Of a DNA stretch of 64,000 nucleotides, positions 1-10,448 are shown piece by piece (the stretch's first letter is position 1; each line of letters begins with the position of its first letter). Below the pieces are notes generated by a model. It ran no database searches. It saw only the letters and a list, made by a program, of their open reading frames with translations, and was not told the DNA's origin. The stretch is from Bdellovibrionota bacterium (GTDB taxonomy: Bacteria > Bdellovibrionota_C > UBA2361 > OMII01), in assembly GCA_044345405.1 (NCBI GenBank), contig JBIJBE010000001.1:114025-178024 (forward strand), given 5' to 3'. The position numbers were made by a program, and so were the translations under genes.

Positions 1-839
1 CCCCGCGAGGTGTACACATACCCCGTATCGATATCGGTGAGTCCCGACATGAAGCGGGGATCCTGAACGGGGATGACCACCCCCATCAGTCCCGGTACAC
101 GAACCTGTCCACCGTGTGTGTGTCCACACAGCGCGAGGTCGAAAGCGTTTTTCTCCTCTTCAAGGAGCATCGCTACGTAATCCGGGTTGTGACTGAGAAG
201 TATGCGGGTCGACACGGTCGAGCGAGGGGGAGGTTTGATCGGGAAGCCGGTGAGAAAATCATCGACACCGAGAAGCTCGATCGACGCATCGCCCCGCGCG
301 ATATGGTGTGACTCGTTGATCAAGATTCGTAGTGAGGGATGCGCGCGAGCGGCCATCATGAACAACTCGATCGAATTCCAATGCTCGTGATTTCCCACGA
401 CACCTACAATTCCGTCGGGGAAGGTGTACGTAGCGATGAGGCCACACACGTCGGAGAACGCCTTGCGCGCCATCTCCTCGCGGGACATGTCCAGATAATC
501 GGTATTTCGTATGCACCCAGTTGTGTCCCACAACGGGTTGTCGCTCACAAAGATGTAGTCGCCACCAAGAAGGAGGATATCGACCTTTTCACGCTGGAGC
601 GTTTCTATCGCGTCGGTAATCCACGACTGCGGAACCCAGAGTCCTAGGTGAAGGTCCGTAAGGTAGCCGATACGGTACCCTTTGAAGGCACGAGGAAGGT
701 TCGGAACGGAAAGCTTGAGCCTCTCCAGTACGGGTGTGCCAGTGTAGCCATCGGAGCGCATGTCGCGTGTAACCGCGGCGACGGCGATACCTGTTCCCGC
801 GAGTGTGGCTGATTGAAGGAGTGCGCGACGAGAGAGCAT
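1..839 (-). CDS. Calcineurin-like metallophosphoesterase (YkuE/YaeI-like) with twin-arginine leader; 3' end runs off the window
   Basis: Not in the ORF track (no stop in window). Manual translation from ATG 839 gives MLSRRALLQSATLAG...RIGYLTDLHLG...ILLSHNPD...LALCGHTHGGQV...YTSRG, with the DxH, SHNPD and GHTHGGQ motifs. Confidence 0.9.
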   Translation of the reverse strand, partial: MLSRRALLQSATLAGTGIAVAAVTRDMRSDGYTGTPVLERLKLSVPNLPRAFKGYRIGYLTDLHLGLWVPQSWITDAIETLQREKVDILLLGGDYIFVSDNPLWDTTGCIRNTDYLDMSREEMARKAFSDVCGLIATYTFPDGIVGVVGNHEHWNSIELFMMAARAHPSLRILINESHHIARGDASIELLGVDDFLTGFPIKPPPRSTVSTRILLSHNPDYVAMLLEEEKNAFDLALCGHTHGGQVRVPGLMGVVIPVQDPRFMSGLTDIDTGYVYTSR

Positions 840-878
840 GAACACTTATACGCCGGAACGGAGCGTCAGGGGAGGGGC

Positions 879-1430
879 TTACTCGGTTAACCCTTTGCGG
901 CGTGACCATGCTTGGCGCGCGCGATGGGATCTGACCGCCATCGCCCATCCTCCTGAGCGAATCCACGCGTTCATCGCGGAGATGTCGGGGTGTCTGGCTT
1001 CAAGGGAACGAAACTCAGCGCCATGCCATTGGCGCTTTCCACTTTGAAGGTGAACCCCCTCGCCAATAACGGCGTGACAAAGCTCATGGTAGAGCACGGG
1101 TGCTATCCATCGACACGCGGTTGGCTCAAAGAGCTCCTTCGCCACTACGACCCTTCGGCGCCTGATATTGCAGGAAGCGAGAACCCGCTTCTGCGCGCGG
1201 CTACTCCACGCGACGACGTAGGAATCGAGCTCGGGACGATCGGGATAGTACTCCGCTCTCAGGTTCGTCCATAGGTTGTGGAGAAACTCGTCGCTCTTTC
1301 CCTGGGCAGAGCCCCTCGTTACTCGTGCTTGACGACGACGCGGGGAACGAACGGCACGTTGTGTTGTCCTCGAAAAGAGAAGCTCGATCTGTCGTATGAG
1401 CGTTCGGGCTGTGCGGTTAGATATCGTCAT
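879..1430 (-). CDS. SprT-like zinc metalloprotease domain protein
   Basis: VLYHELCHA (HExxH) and WHGAEF (HG..F) as in SprT; probable start MTISN at 1430. Confidence 0.75.
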   Translation of the reverse strand: MTISNRTARTLIRQIELLFSRTTQRAVRSPRRRQARVTRGSAQGKSDEFLHNLWTNLRAEYYPDRPELDSYVVAWSSRAQKRVLASCNIRRRRVVVAKELFEPTACRWIAPVLYHELCHAVIGEGVHLQSGKRQWHGAEFRSLEARHPDISAMNAWIRSGGWAMAVRSHRARQAWSRRKGLTE

Positions 1431-1971
1431 CTTTGAGGTCGATAAAAAAGATGCCAGCGAGGAAATCAGCGAACTCATCGACGCATACCCCGCCGTACGC
1501 GCCGGCTACAAGAAGGTCGGCTCCGAGGCCAATCTCTCCCGGGCACACATTTCGGTCCGAAGAGTTTACATACGCCGGGCCAACGCCGAACTCGTTGCTC
1601 GATTCTATAAGGAACGGCATCTGTCTTCCGAAGTCTCCAACGCGCAGAGACGCTGGTGCCATCTGACGATAGCCAATCTCACCGTACTTGGTGACTCGAA
1701 CCACCGCCCCGAACGATGGCCCTACACCCACGTCGACTCGAAACACATCGATAAGGTCCAGCACGCGGTTCGGAAGCCATAACAGTATCTGCGACCAGAT
1801 CGGACTTCCCTCGCCTTTCTCGATCGGTTCGAGTTTCGACCATCCCTCTTTGGGGCTGGTGGGGACGAGGTCATTGTAATTTCCGTCGGTGTATCGATCT
1901 TGGGCGACCGAGGGCTGCGCAGAGCACAGGACTACGGCACTGAGAAGAAAGGAGTGGAATATGTGTCGCAT
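1417..1971 (-). CDS. Secreted hypothetical protein
   Basis: Signal peptide MRHIFHSFLLSAVVLCSAQPSVA followed by a Gly-rich beta body; overlaps the next gene. Confidence 0.65.
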   Translation of the reverse strand: MRHIFHSFLLSAVVLCSAQPSVAQDRYTDGNYNDLVPTSPKEGWSKLEPIEKGEGSPIWSQILLWLPNRVLDLIDVFRVDVGVGPSFGAVVRVTKYGEIGYRQMAPASLRVGDFGRQMPFLIESSNEFGVGPAYVNSSDRNVCPGEIGLGADLLVAGAYGGVCVDEFADFLAGIFFIDLKDDDI

Positions 1972-2031
1972 GCGAACCTGTATACCACCCGAGGGCATCG
2001 GGGTGAACTGGGAATATTGGCTGGGACCCGG

Positions 2032-3303
2032 CTAGGCCACCAGCACTCCAATGAGCTCCGCGTGATAGGTCTGCGGGAACATATCGAGCATCTTCACGCT
2101 TTCGAGTTTGTAACCCCGTTCAACCAACACCTGCACATCGCGGGCAAACGTCGGAGGATAGCAGCTTACGTAGACCAGCTTCGTTGATACCGATGGCGAG
2201 AGACGCTGACAAACCTCAAGAGCACCGCTTCGAGGGGGATCGAGTACGACGGTTGCGTCAGGAGTGTGCGCGTCGATCCACTTCTCACACCCTTGGTGGT
2301 GGAAGGTGAGCGCGGCTCCGAGATCGGCGGCGGCGGATCGTGTTTGTCCGAACTCAACGAGGTGCCGATCGAGCTCCACCGCGGTGACGATGTGACCAGC
2401 TTGCGCGAGCGGAATGGAGATATTCCCGGCGCCGGCGTACAGGTCGGTCACCCGCTCAGTAGTGACGTGCTGTTTGATGTAGTCGATCATGAGGTCGTTC
2501 GCGGCGCGATTGTTCTGCGAGAAGTGCCCAACAGGTGGGGCATCGAGCGACCGCCCTTCAGCTTTGAAGATCGGTTTATGACGATAGTTTACCTGAACGT
2601 TCGGTACCCGTTTGAGGAGCTCTTGAAACGCCACTTTGGGCGCGAGGGTCGTCATCGCTTTGTCGTTTCGTGGGTGAACCTCAAGAGCGATGAAGATCCC
2701 TTCATCGTGATCCTCAATCGTCACCGTCTCACACTCAGGGGCGCAATGACGGAAGAGTTCGAGGTTCTCCTTGAGGCAGTTGTTGATCGCTTCCGTTGAG
2801 ATCGGACAGTGATCGATCTCAACGATTGAGCGGGCGTGCTTTCGATAGAGACCGAACTCGCCCTTCTTATTGATGTGGAACGACATGCGACGTCGATAGG
2901 TGAGTCCGGGGAGGTCATCACCAAGCACCTGAACATCTCCAGGAACCTCGATGCCTCCGTGAACACGAAGAAGATCGGCGACCATCTGCGACTTGAGGCT
3001 CCGTTGCTTCGGGAGGTTGATGTGCTGGAGGTCGCATCCACCGCACTGACCAAAGGCGGGGCAGGGGGGCGTTATACGCTCGGACGAGGGGTTCGCGACG
3101 GAGATAAGCGCCCCGTTGACGAAGCTTTTTTTGTTGAGGGTGATGTTCGCGATAACGTTCTCGCCAGGAGCGGTATAGGGGATAAACGCCTTCTTGCCCG
3201 CGTGCTTCTCTGGAGCTGTGATAGTACCCACGAAGCTCCCTCCTGAAGCGAGGCTTGAGATGGAAACGGCGATCTCTTCGGGGGCTTTGGTGTCTGAATT
3301 CAT
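2032..3303 (-). CDS. rlmD: TrmA/RlmD-family RNA (uracil-5)-methyltransferase
   Basis: TRAM-like N-terminus, CPAFGQCGGCDLQH Fe-S motif, DLYAGAG, LDPPRSG, YVSC, DMFPQTYHAE. Confidence 0.88.
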   Translation of the reverse strand: MNSDTKAPEEIAVSISSLASGGSFVGTITAPEKHAGKKAFIPYTAPGENVIANITLNKKSFVNGALISVANPSSERITPPCPAFGQCGGCDLQHINLPKQRSLKSQMVADLLRVHGGIEVPGDVQVLGDDLPGLTYRRRMSFHINKKGEFGLYRKHARSIVEIDHCPISTEAINNCLKENLELFRHCAPECETVTIEDHDEGIFIALEVHPRNDKAMTTLAPKVAFQELLKRVPNVQVNYRHKPIFKAEGRSLDAPPVGHFSQNNRAANDLMIDYIKQHVTTERVTDLYAGAGNISIPLAQAGHIVTAVELDRHLVEFGQTRSAAADLGAALTFHHQGCEKWIDAHTPDATVVLDPPRSGALEVCQRLSPSVSTKLVYVSCYPPTFARDVQVLVERGYKLESVKMLDMFPQTYHAELIGVLVA

Positions 3304-3420
3304 AGGGGCAGAGGGTACCATTCCTCAGGATTGGAGGCAAAATTGGCGCCATGCCTCTATGCTGAGTGCGATTTCACGCAGATACCACCGTGAGAGCTCA
3401 CGGATGGACGCAGAGCTCGA

Positions 3421-6273
3421 TTAGTTTACCGCGCGCTTCTGAAAGATTCTGAGATCGTTTCCGTATGCCCCTAGGAATCCGTCCGCGAAGAACTTAGGCA
3501 TGATAACACCATTTAACGGAGCTCCCTTCTCGTCGAAGAAGAATTCGGTCGACCCCGTTGTTGGATCGAAGAGTCGTTCCCCTGAACTTGAATACACCTT
3601 CGGTGTCCAGTTGCGATCAGAGGACCAGATGTAGATGTTGCCTCGATCGTCCGCCGACATTCCCATGTTGAACATGAGTGCGCCAACTATCTTGCCTGTG
3701 GTTCCCGTGATGATATTTCGATAATAGGTTCCGACCGTCGTCCCGACGTAGAGGGTGTCTCCGATCCAAACGAGACCGGTGACGGCTTGGTCCTTAACCA
3801 CCCAGGTCGTGGTTTCAACCTTCTCTCCTTTGGTGATGAAGATCCTTCCGTCGGCGCACAGCGTGGCGACTCTATCTCCTTGCTGGTCGAAGTCGGTCAC
3901 TGGACAGCCGAAGTCGTGCAGTTGCTTCTCCGTTGTTCCAACTAAGGAGAAAATTTTAGCTCCTGAACGCAACATGAGGAGGGGAGTTCCCGCACGACCT
4001 AGTTTGACGAAATCTCCAATTTGAAAGTCCAAGATCTGCTTCGTCGTGTTCGAGGCGCGGTCGAAGGAAAATATCCCCTTCATAAAGGAAAGAATCGTCT
4101 CGTTGCCGTTCCGGGCACTAATTGAGCGTAGGGGATCGAGGTCTCGTTGAGGAAAGGACTCCCTCGCCTCATAGACAAACGAGGCGGGCTTACCTGAATC
4201 ACCCAGGTTTTGATTTGCCCACGCGTTAGCGTCTGGGGGCGAGAATCCCCACAGCAGCTCTCGGATAGGGCTTGCGGCTCCGTCTTTCGTTTTGGCGAAC
4301 AGTTTCAGCTCCGCCGCCTTGTGTTGCGCGACGATCCGAACCGGGTGGAGTCCAGCGCCGAGAAAGGCGAAATGCCTCTTGGCGCTCTGATCAGAGCATG
4401 ACATCACCTCGATAGTTCTATCGTCGACGATCAGCTGTGGCCTTACGTTGTCCTCAGAGCAGAAGGAATGCACCACATCCTGAGCTACGCCGAGAAAGCC
4501 TCGGGATTCGATCTCATTACCCACCGGGGTCGCAGGAGCCTCTTTAAGGCTAAAAACATCTGAGACCGGTATGCTGACTCGAAGTGCCCGCGGGGCAAGA
4601 TTCTCGGGATGTTGATCGTGTGGAGGAGGTACAGGAAGGGAGTGTACAACGAGGTTGGGGTAGAGCTTTCTGAGGGTGGTATCGATAAGGCGTTGAGAGC
4701 CCTCGGAAGGGATGAGGTAGAGCTCCGCACCTTGGGTGCCCTGAACGGCGCTGGGTTCGAACCAAGGCACGTCGGGATTAAATACATGCAGTTTTCTGAC
4801 GAACGCGTACTCGGGGAAGCCTTGGTCACACAACGTCCACAAACTCTCTCCGAATTCCCGTCTTGGTATCCACACGGAGTGAGTAGAGGTCAGCGCCCGC
4901 ATCTCGTCCCGCAAATGTGTCGCTGGATTCGCGTAGGGGCTGAAGAAGGTGTAGGTCGGTCGAACTAGCGACACCATATAGTTGGTAACCGCCTGCTCAC
5001 CGAGGAGAGCGATAGGGGCAAGGCCGAGAAAGAGCGCTCTACCCCCTCCAAAGGCGGCTATCAGCGTCTGACCACTTCTCACGAGACCTTGTCCCGCGAG
5101 GCAGTACACGCTGAAGAGGAGACCCGTCATGTACATGTCATGCGCCCAGGTAACCATGATCCCAACGAAGAATAAGGTGAAGTTGATAACCAGCAACGCG
5201 GATGGGATCGACGACCTAAATCGTCGCACCGCCCCGAAGAGGCCAACCAGAAACAGAAACGCGACGGGTGCGGTCACGAAGGAGGTTCCGTATTTGCTTG
5301 TTGAAGAGGAGAGGGCCCAGAGCAAAAACTCAAGGTTACGGACCACCTTGTGGAGAAAGACGTTGTCTCCGTAATCGAGTTTCGACTTTATATATCCGGA
5401 GGCGCCGAGCTCCGGTATCAATACGTACAGAACCGGTAAGGCCAGGCACGTGGCGAGAAAGGATGCCGTGAAGAGGGGGCCAAGGTATCGCCGAGCTTGG
5501 TCTCGGTGAAACGCCACAAGGTAGACGAGGAATACCGCCCAGGTGCCGCCCAAGACGTAACATCCCCAGTATGCGTGGAGGCCAAGAATGAATCCGATCG
5601 CGGCCACGACCGCTCCGAGGTAGCGATGTGAGCGCTTGATCCCCGTTGCCGCGACGATGAGTCCAAAAAGGGTGATACTTTCACAAAACGGGAGGAGGAA
5701 CTTTTGCATCAGAAATCGCGAGATCCAGATGTGCCATGGCGATGTGGCCATAAGCCCGATACCGATCCATGCCGCTTTCGAGCCAACGGCGCTCAGTGCG
5801 CGAATCGCGAAGAAAGACGTGATAAGTGTGAGGAAGCTCACAACGGCTGTGGCGGCCCGGAAGCCCCACTCCCAATCTGAAGAGAGGAGCATGCCGAGCG
5901 CACCTATGTACGCATACAACGTATGCATGTACCCGACATACGGTGTATACCAGAATCCCTCGGTGAGAAATCGTGCTGAGAGGCTTGTGAAGAGTGGCGT
6001 TTCCGCCATATCCGCGCCACTCGGAACGGTATCGAGGTAGCTGAAGCGGTAGGCGAGCCCAAGAGCAAACGCAAGCACCAAGCCAATTGTAGAGAGCGAG
6101 GAGCGGCGCTCTCCCTCAAGGGGAGAGGAAGCGGACCACGGCCCCCCGAGCAGTATCGCCACCGCGAGAGGGATCGCTACCATCCATAAAGGCTGCTCTG
6201 AGAGTTTGGGAAGGATCCAGATGCTAGCGCCGATACCGCCACATAATAGCAGTCCGAGGAGTTTCTTAACCAT
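3421..6273 (-). CDS. GT-C (ArnT/PMT-like) membrane glycosyltransferase with large beta-rich C-terminal extension
   Basis: About 12 TM segments, loop PSGADMAE, SPWHIWISR; C-terminal half has PA14-like LGAGLHPVRI and propeller-like strands. Confidence 0.6.
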   Translation of the reverse strand: MVKKLLGLLLCGGIGASIWILPKLSEQPLWMVAIPLAVAILLGGPWSASSPLEGERRSSLSTIGLVLAFALGLAYRFSYLDTVPSGADMAETPLFTSLSARFLTEGFWYTPYVGYMHTLYAYIGALGMLLSSDWEWGFRAATAVVSFLTLITSFFAIRALSAVGSKAAWIGIGLMATSPWHIWISRFLMQKFLLPFCESITLFGLIVAATGIKRSHRYLGAVVAAIGFILGLHAYWGCYVLGGTWAVFLVYLVAFHRDQARRYLGPLFTASFLATCLALPVLYVLIPELGASGYIKSKLDYGDNVFLHKVVRNLEFLLWALSSSTSKYGTSFVTAPVAFLFLVGLFGAVRRFRSSIPSALLVINFTLFFVGIMVTWAHDMYMTGLLFSVYCLAGQGLVRSGQTLIAAFGGGRALFLGLAPIALLGEQAVTNYMVSLVRPTYTFFSPYANPATHLRDEMRALTSTHSVWIPRREFGESLWTLCDQGFPEYAFVRKLHVFNPDVPWFEPSAVQGTQGAELYLIPSEGSQRLIDTTLRKLYPNLVVHSLPVPPPHDQHPENLAPRALRVSIPVSDVFSLKEAPATPVGNEIESRGFLGVAQDVVHSFCSEDNVRPQLIVDDRTIEVMSCSDQSAKRHFAFLGAGLHPVRIVAQHKAAELKLFAKTKDGAASPIRELLWGFSPPDANAWANQNLGDSGKPASFVYEARESFPQRDLDPLRSISARNGNETILSFMKGIFSFDRASNTTKQILDFQIGDFVKLGRAGTPLLMLRSGAKIFSLVGTTEKQLHDFGCPVTDFDQQGDRVATLCADGRIFITKGEKVETTTWVVKDQAVTGLVWIGDTLYVGTTVGTYYRNIITGTTGKIVGALMFNMGMSADDRGNIYIWSSDRNWTPKVYSSSGERLFDPTTGSTEFFFDEKGAPLNGVIMPKFFADGFLGAYGNDLRIFQKRAVN

Positions 6274-6530
6274 AGTAGTACCTGTCAGAGGAGAACCTCT
6301 CTTCCCCAAACATACGCAGTAGTGAGGGGAAGGAGAGCCACCCTGGCAAGGGGAGGATGTGTCCTTGTGCGCTCGTGCCGATCGGCCCCACGTATCGAGT
6401 TTAGTATAAAAGTAAGGCGCGAGCTATCCGCTCTTATCAGGAGCGGGGCTTGGTAGAACGTTTTTTCGCGCCGGATGTGCCGTGCGGTCCTATCCCGTAC
6501 TCGCAGCCCTTATGGTCGGGCCCCTGAGCC

Positions 6531-9011
6531 TTACTTTTTCAGCATAGCGCCGAGATTCGCGAAGGGGTTATTTCCGATACTTTGAGAGTGGCCGCTTCCA
6601 CCGAAGGAGTGCGACGACTTCGAAGCGCCGTTGCGGGGGCGGGGTCCGTTCCCTTGACCGTATCCGCCTCGGGTTTCCCCAGGGGATTGCGAGGGCGGTC
6701 GGATCTCACCACTTTTCATCGTCAACGCGATCTGTCGCTTCTCAAGGCTCACCTCAAGCACGCGAACCTGTACCTTATCGCCCGGGTTCACCACCGCGCG
6801 AGGGTCCTTCACAAATGAATCGCTGAGTTGTGAGATATGCACGAGTCCGTCCTGATGCACACCAATATCAACGAACGCGCCGAAATTGGTAACGTTCGTT
6901 ACGACGCCGGTACACACCATCCCCGGTTTAAGGTCGGAGAGCTCGTGAATGTCCTCGCGGTACTTCACGTACTCAAACTCGGAGCGGGGGTCGCGTCCTG
7001 GCTTCTCAAGCTCTTGGATGATGTCGTTGAAGGTGAAGTCACCGAGTGTCTTTTTTAGTTGCGAATCGCTCTTCAACGCGGCGACCCCTTTTCCGAGAAG
7101 GTCGGTGAGTGTTTTTTCGCTCTGTGACGCGAACGCTTCGAGCGCTTTGTACCGCTCAGGATGTACCCCTGTATTGTCGAGTGGGTTTACGCCGTTCGGA
7201 ATTCGCAGGAATCCAGCCGCTTGTTCAAAGGCCCGGTCTCCGAAGTACGGAACCTTCATCAAGTCTTCACGGGAGGTGAAGAGCCCCGAAGTAGCTCGGT
7301 ACTCGACGATCGATCGCGCTAAGGATGGACCGATACCGGAAACGTACGCCAAAAGATGTCTCGACGCCGTGTTTACGTTCACACCAACGGTGTTCACGCA
7401 CGATTCAACCACACGCTCGAGCGCGCTCTTGAGCGCGTACTGCGACACGTCGTGCTGGTACTGTCCTACGCCGATGCTCTTCGGATCGACCTTCACAAGC
7501 TCCGCGAGCGGGTCCTGAAGACGGCGAGCGATAGAGATAGCCCCTCGTACCGTGACGTCGAGCTCCGGGAACTCCTCCCGAGCTACCTCGCTCGCGCTGT
7601 AGATACTCGCCCCTGATTCACTCACCATAACAACCGGGATCTTAAGGTTCATCTTGGTGACGGTGTCCCGCAAGAACTTCTCCGTTTCGCGAGCGGCGGT
7701 GCCGTTACCAACCGCGATCGCTTCAACGTTACCCTTCTCAAGTACCGATTTGAGTTGATTGTAGGACTGCGCCTGTTGCTCTGGAGTGAGGAGGTGGATA
7801 ACGCCGCTTGCGAGGAATCCACCCGATGAGTTGATAAGCGCGAGTTTGCATCCCGTTCGGAGTCCAGGGTCAACGCCAAGAACGCACTTGGTCCCAAGTG
7901 GCGCCGCGAGGAGCACCTTTCGAACGTTTTCGCTGAACACCTCGATCGCCGCGGTGTCGGCGATCTCACGAAGCGATGAATGGATCTCGTTCTCGATAGA
8001 GAGAAGCGTGTACACCCGCAGCGCCATCCGCGCCGCCATGAGGAGCTGCTTCTCGCCGGGAGTTCCCTTCGTTGGACAGGCGTGAGCTTGGTACATCGCT
8101 AAGAGCTGTGCCATGAGCGCCTCGTTCTGAGGAGCGCTTCCGATTGAGAGCGTAAGCTCACCCTCTGCCTCTCCTCGACGAATGGCGAGGTAGCGATGGG
8201 TATTCTCTCGCTTCATCAGCGCGGAGATCGGCTCGCTGTACTCGAAGTATCGATCAAACTTACTTGGGACCTTCGCCTTCTCGCCCTTGGTCGACCCGAG
8301 GTGCGCGTTCGTGAAGAGTTGGTTTCGGACCTCTTGTCGAAGCTCGGGGACCTCAGAGATCTTTTCGATAAGGATCGACTCAGCTCCCTGGATAGCTGCG
8401 GATGTGTCAGCGATACCGAGTTCCGTGTTTACGAACCCTTGCGCCTTACCATCCAAGGTGTCTTGAGGAGCCCACGGAGTGCCGTGCGCGCAATCCCAGA
8501 TCCACTGTGCGAGGGGCTCCAGGCCTGCCTCCTTGGCGATAGTCGCTTTTGTTTTTCGCTTACGCTTGTACGGAAGGTAGAGGTCCTCAAGCACGAGGAG
8601 GTCGAAGGTTCCCTCGATCTGCGCTTGGAGCTCAGGCGTTAATTTACCTTGGGCCTCGATCTCCGAGAGGATGAACGCTTTGCGCTCAACGATACTCTTC
8701 CACCGCGCCACCGCGTCGATGATATTTCCGATAGCGACCTCATCGAGGTTCCCGGTTTGCTCCTTTCGGTACCGAGCGATGAAGGGAACGGTAGCCTTGT
8801 CAGCGGCTAGCCGGATGACGACGAGCGCCGAGCGAAAGGGGATAGCGGGAAATTGGTCCTGGAACCATCTGGCGAACTGTGTCGGATCCCCGGCTATCAT
8901 CTCGTCTGAACTGTTGGCCGAAGGCGCGTCTCCCGTGATGTGTGTTGTGATTCCTGAAGAGTATGAAGTTGCGGGGGCGATAAGGGACTCTGACCGTACA
9001 GCGGATGACAT
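6531..9011 (-). CDS. tex: Tex family transcriptional accessory protein (S1 RNA-binding)
   Basis: ATVPFIARYRKEQTG, LEDLYLPYK, GVDPGLRTGCK, GAISIARRLQDPLAELVK, S1 FGAFVDIGVHQDGLVHISQ. Confidence 0.96.
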   Translation of the reverse strand: MSSAVRSESLIAPATSYSSGITTHITGDAPSANSSDEMIAGDPTQFARWFQDQFPAIPFRSALVVIRLAADKATVPFIARYRKEQTGNLDEVAIGNIIDAVARWKSIVERKAFILSEIEAQGKLTPELQAQIEGTFDLLVLEDLYLPYKRKRKTKATIAKEAGLEPLAQWIWDCAHGTPWAPQDTLDGKAQGFVNTELGIADTSAAIQGAESILIEKISEVPELRQEVRNQLFTNAHLGSTKGEKAKVPSKFDRYFEYSEPISALMKRENTHRYLAIRRGEAEGELTLSIGSAPQNEALMAQLLAMYQAHACPTKGTPGEKQLLMAARMALRVYTLLSIENEIHSSLREIADTAAIEVFSENVRKVLLAAPLGTKCVLGVDPGLRTGCKLALINSSGGFLASGVIHLLTPEQQAQSYNQLKSVLEKGNVEAIAVGNGTAARETEKFLRDTVTKMNLKIPVVMVSESGASIYSASEVAREEFPELDVTVRGAISIARRLQDPLAELVKVDPKSIGVGQYQHDVSQYALKSALERVVESCVNTVGVNVNTASRHLLAYVSGIGPSLARSIVEYRATSGLFTSREDLMKVPYFGDRAFEQAAGFLRIPNGVNPLDNTGVHPERYKALEAFASQSEKTLTDLLGKGVAALKSDSQLKKTLGDFTFNDIIQELEKPGRDPRSEFEYVKYREDIHELSDLKPGMVCTGVVTNVTNFGAFVDIGVHQDGLVHISQLSDSFVKDPRAVVNPGDKVQVRVLEVSLEKRQIALTMKSGEIRPPSQSPGETRGGYGQGNGPRPRNGASKSSHSFGGSGHSQSIGNNPFANLGAMLKK

Positions 9012-9840
9012 GAACGAACTAACTCCTGAGGAACAAACTAGTCGAGCCGCGAACGGGGCGGCCGTTGAGAGAGCGCGATAGTACTTCGGTTGGCGTCACC
9101 GCACTAGCAGCGATCTTAGCGATCTCGTGGCTGGATGGTGTTGGGAGTTCGCGGGTTTACGCGCGGTCTCCCCTCGTAGATCTAGGTGGTTAGGTCTCCC
9201 CGTTTGAGTCGTAAATCACCGCGCTACTACTCTGGTACAGTCCAATAACCAGGGCCAGCGCCCTCCGAAGTAACCCAATTCACCTGTATGGGTATAAGAA
9301 TAACCCAGGTGCTGATAATAACGCCCGAGTAGCGGCCCCCATACATTGAAAATCAAGTGAAATGCGGCGTTGCCGAACTCGACAGATACTCGAGTGCCTT
9401 ACGCAGCAGGAGCTCGTATGACTTTTATATGGCGTTGCTCAATCGCGGAATGGGAGGCTTGAAACACCCCGGGGGTCAAGGGACATTAAGACCCCCCCTG
9501 CTTCATAAGGAGAAAGCATTTAGCACATTGATTGATGAAACTCCGGAATGTCTCTAGAAAGGCCCAGCGAAGTTCATTCCAGGAGGAGTACATGAATACC
9601 TTTCTCTCCTTCTTTGCCTCAGACCCGTGCTTACCAGAGGTGTGACTTTTCTTCGCTCGAAGTTGAGCACCGCTCTGGCGCGTATCGCCCCTGAATTTTG
9701 TTATCTCCCGATTCGTCGAGCGCTCGTCTTTTTGTAGAGGACCGGCGATAGTTTGTGGCACGTCGGGGACGTGCCTGCCGTGTGGATAGCGCGGAGAAGC
9801 GAGAATGTGTATGCATTCTTCTCGCTTCTCCTTCAAACCT

Positions 9841-10257
9841 TTACCGCAGAGGTATGTTGAATACGCGGGCACTGCTCCCCATAATGGATTGAAATGTTCT
9901 TTGCGCTTCGACGTTTTCCATTGGTTTTACTTGGTTTCCAGTTTCGGCGCCGGAAAAATGCGACCATGCCGTTACAAGTGTTCCTTGGCCGTCAATAAAA
10001 AAGAGGTCCCTTTGGCTCCAATAGCTTCCATCTTGATAAGCCTTAACGATGAAAGCGACCTGATGGTCTTTTGCTATATCTTTCAGAGTCTCCGGAGTTA
10101 AAAAAAACGATCCTGCGCCTATAGTTGGGTCGACTATTGAAACTTTATGTCGTCCTAGTTGGATCGGTTCGGATTGCTGTGCTAGCGCCGTAATAATGGC
10201 TTGGACTTTATCGGCTGCGATAGTTTGGGATTGATGTGGGCTCCGTATACTAGACAA
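9841..10257 (-). CDS. Orphan hypothetical protein; start uncertain
   Basis: 138-aa ORF with protein-like composition, TTG start, no recognisable motif. Confidence 0.4.
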   Translation of the reverse strand: MSSIRSPHQSQTIAADKVQAIITALAQQSEPIQLGRHKVSIVDPTIGAGSFFLTPETLKDIAKDHQVAFIVKAYQDGSYWSQRDLFFIDGQGTLVTAWSHFSGAETGNQVKPMENVEAQRTFQSIMGSSARVFNIPLR

Positions 10258-10409
10258 GCAGAGGATAGGAGAAAAGTGTGCTTCGCAAGCCGGAGCGGTA
10301 GGGTTCTACTAAAAGTGGAAACAAGCGAGGGCTGTTTTGAGTAGCTCGGGGGCGATGGTACCTTTGTAGGGCAAGTACATCGTCGGCCTGGGTAGAAGAA
10401 TAGGTGAAA

Positions 10410-10448
10410 TGTTACGTCACATGAGGGCAATCCTCACGCGACGTAACA
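10410..10448 (-). terminator. 17-bp hairpin on minus-strand RNA
   Basis: Minus strand TGTTACGTCGCGTGAGG-ATTGC-CCTCATGTGACGTAACA. Two G-U pairs form only on this strand. Overlaps the stop of ORF 10434..10850. Confidence 0.55.

Noticed and set aside
3337-3352. Sigma54-like TGGCGC-CAATT-TTGCC upstream of rlmD (minus strand)
   Set aside because: Overlaps an equally good sigma70 -35 box for a housekeeping gene; cannot discriminate.
9228-9346. Short TAACC(C)A repeats and protein-like minus-strand micro-ORFs
   Set aside because: Irregular spacing and units too short for CRISPR repeats or iterons; no SD.
10208-10234. Sigma28-like TCAA-N15-GCCGATAA on the minus strand
   Set aside because: Good match, but it lies inside ORF 9841..10257 with no suitable start codon nearby; unsupported as it stands.
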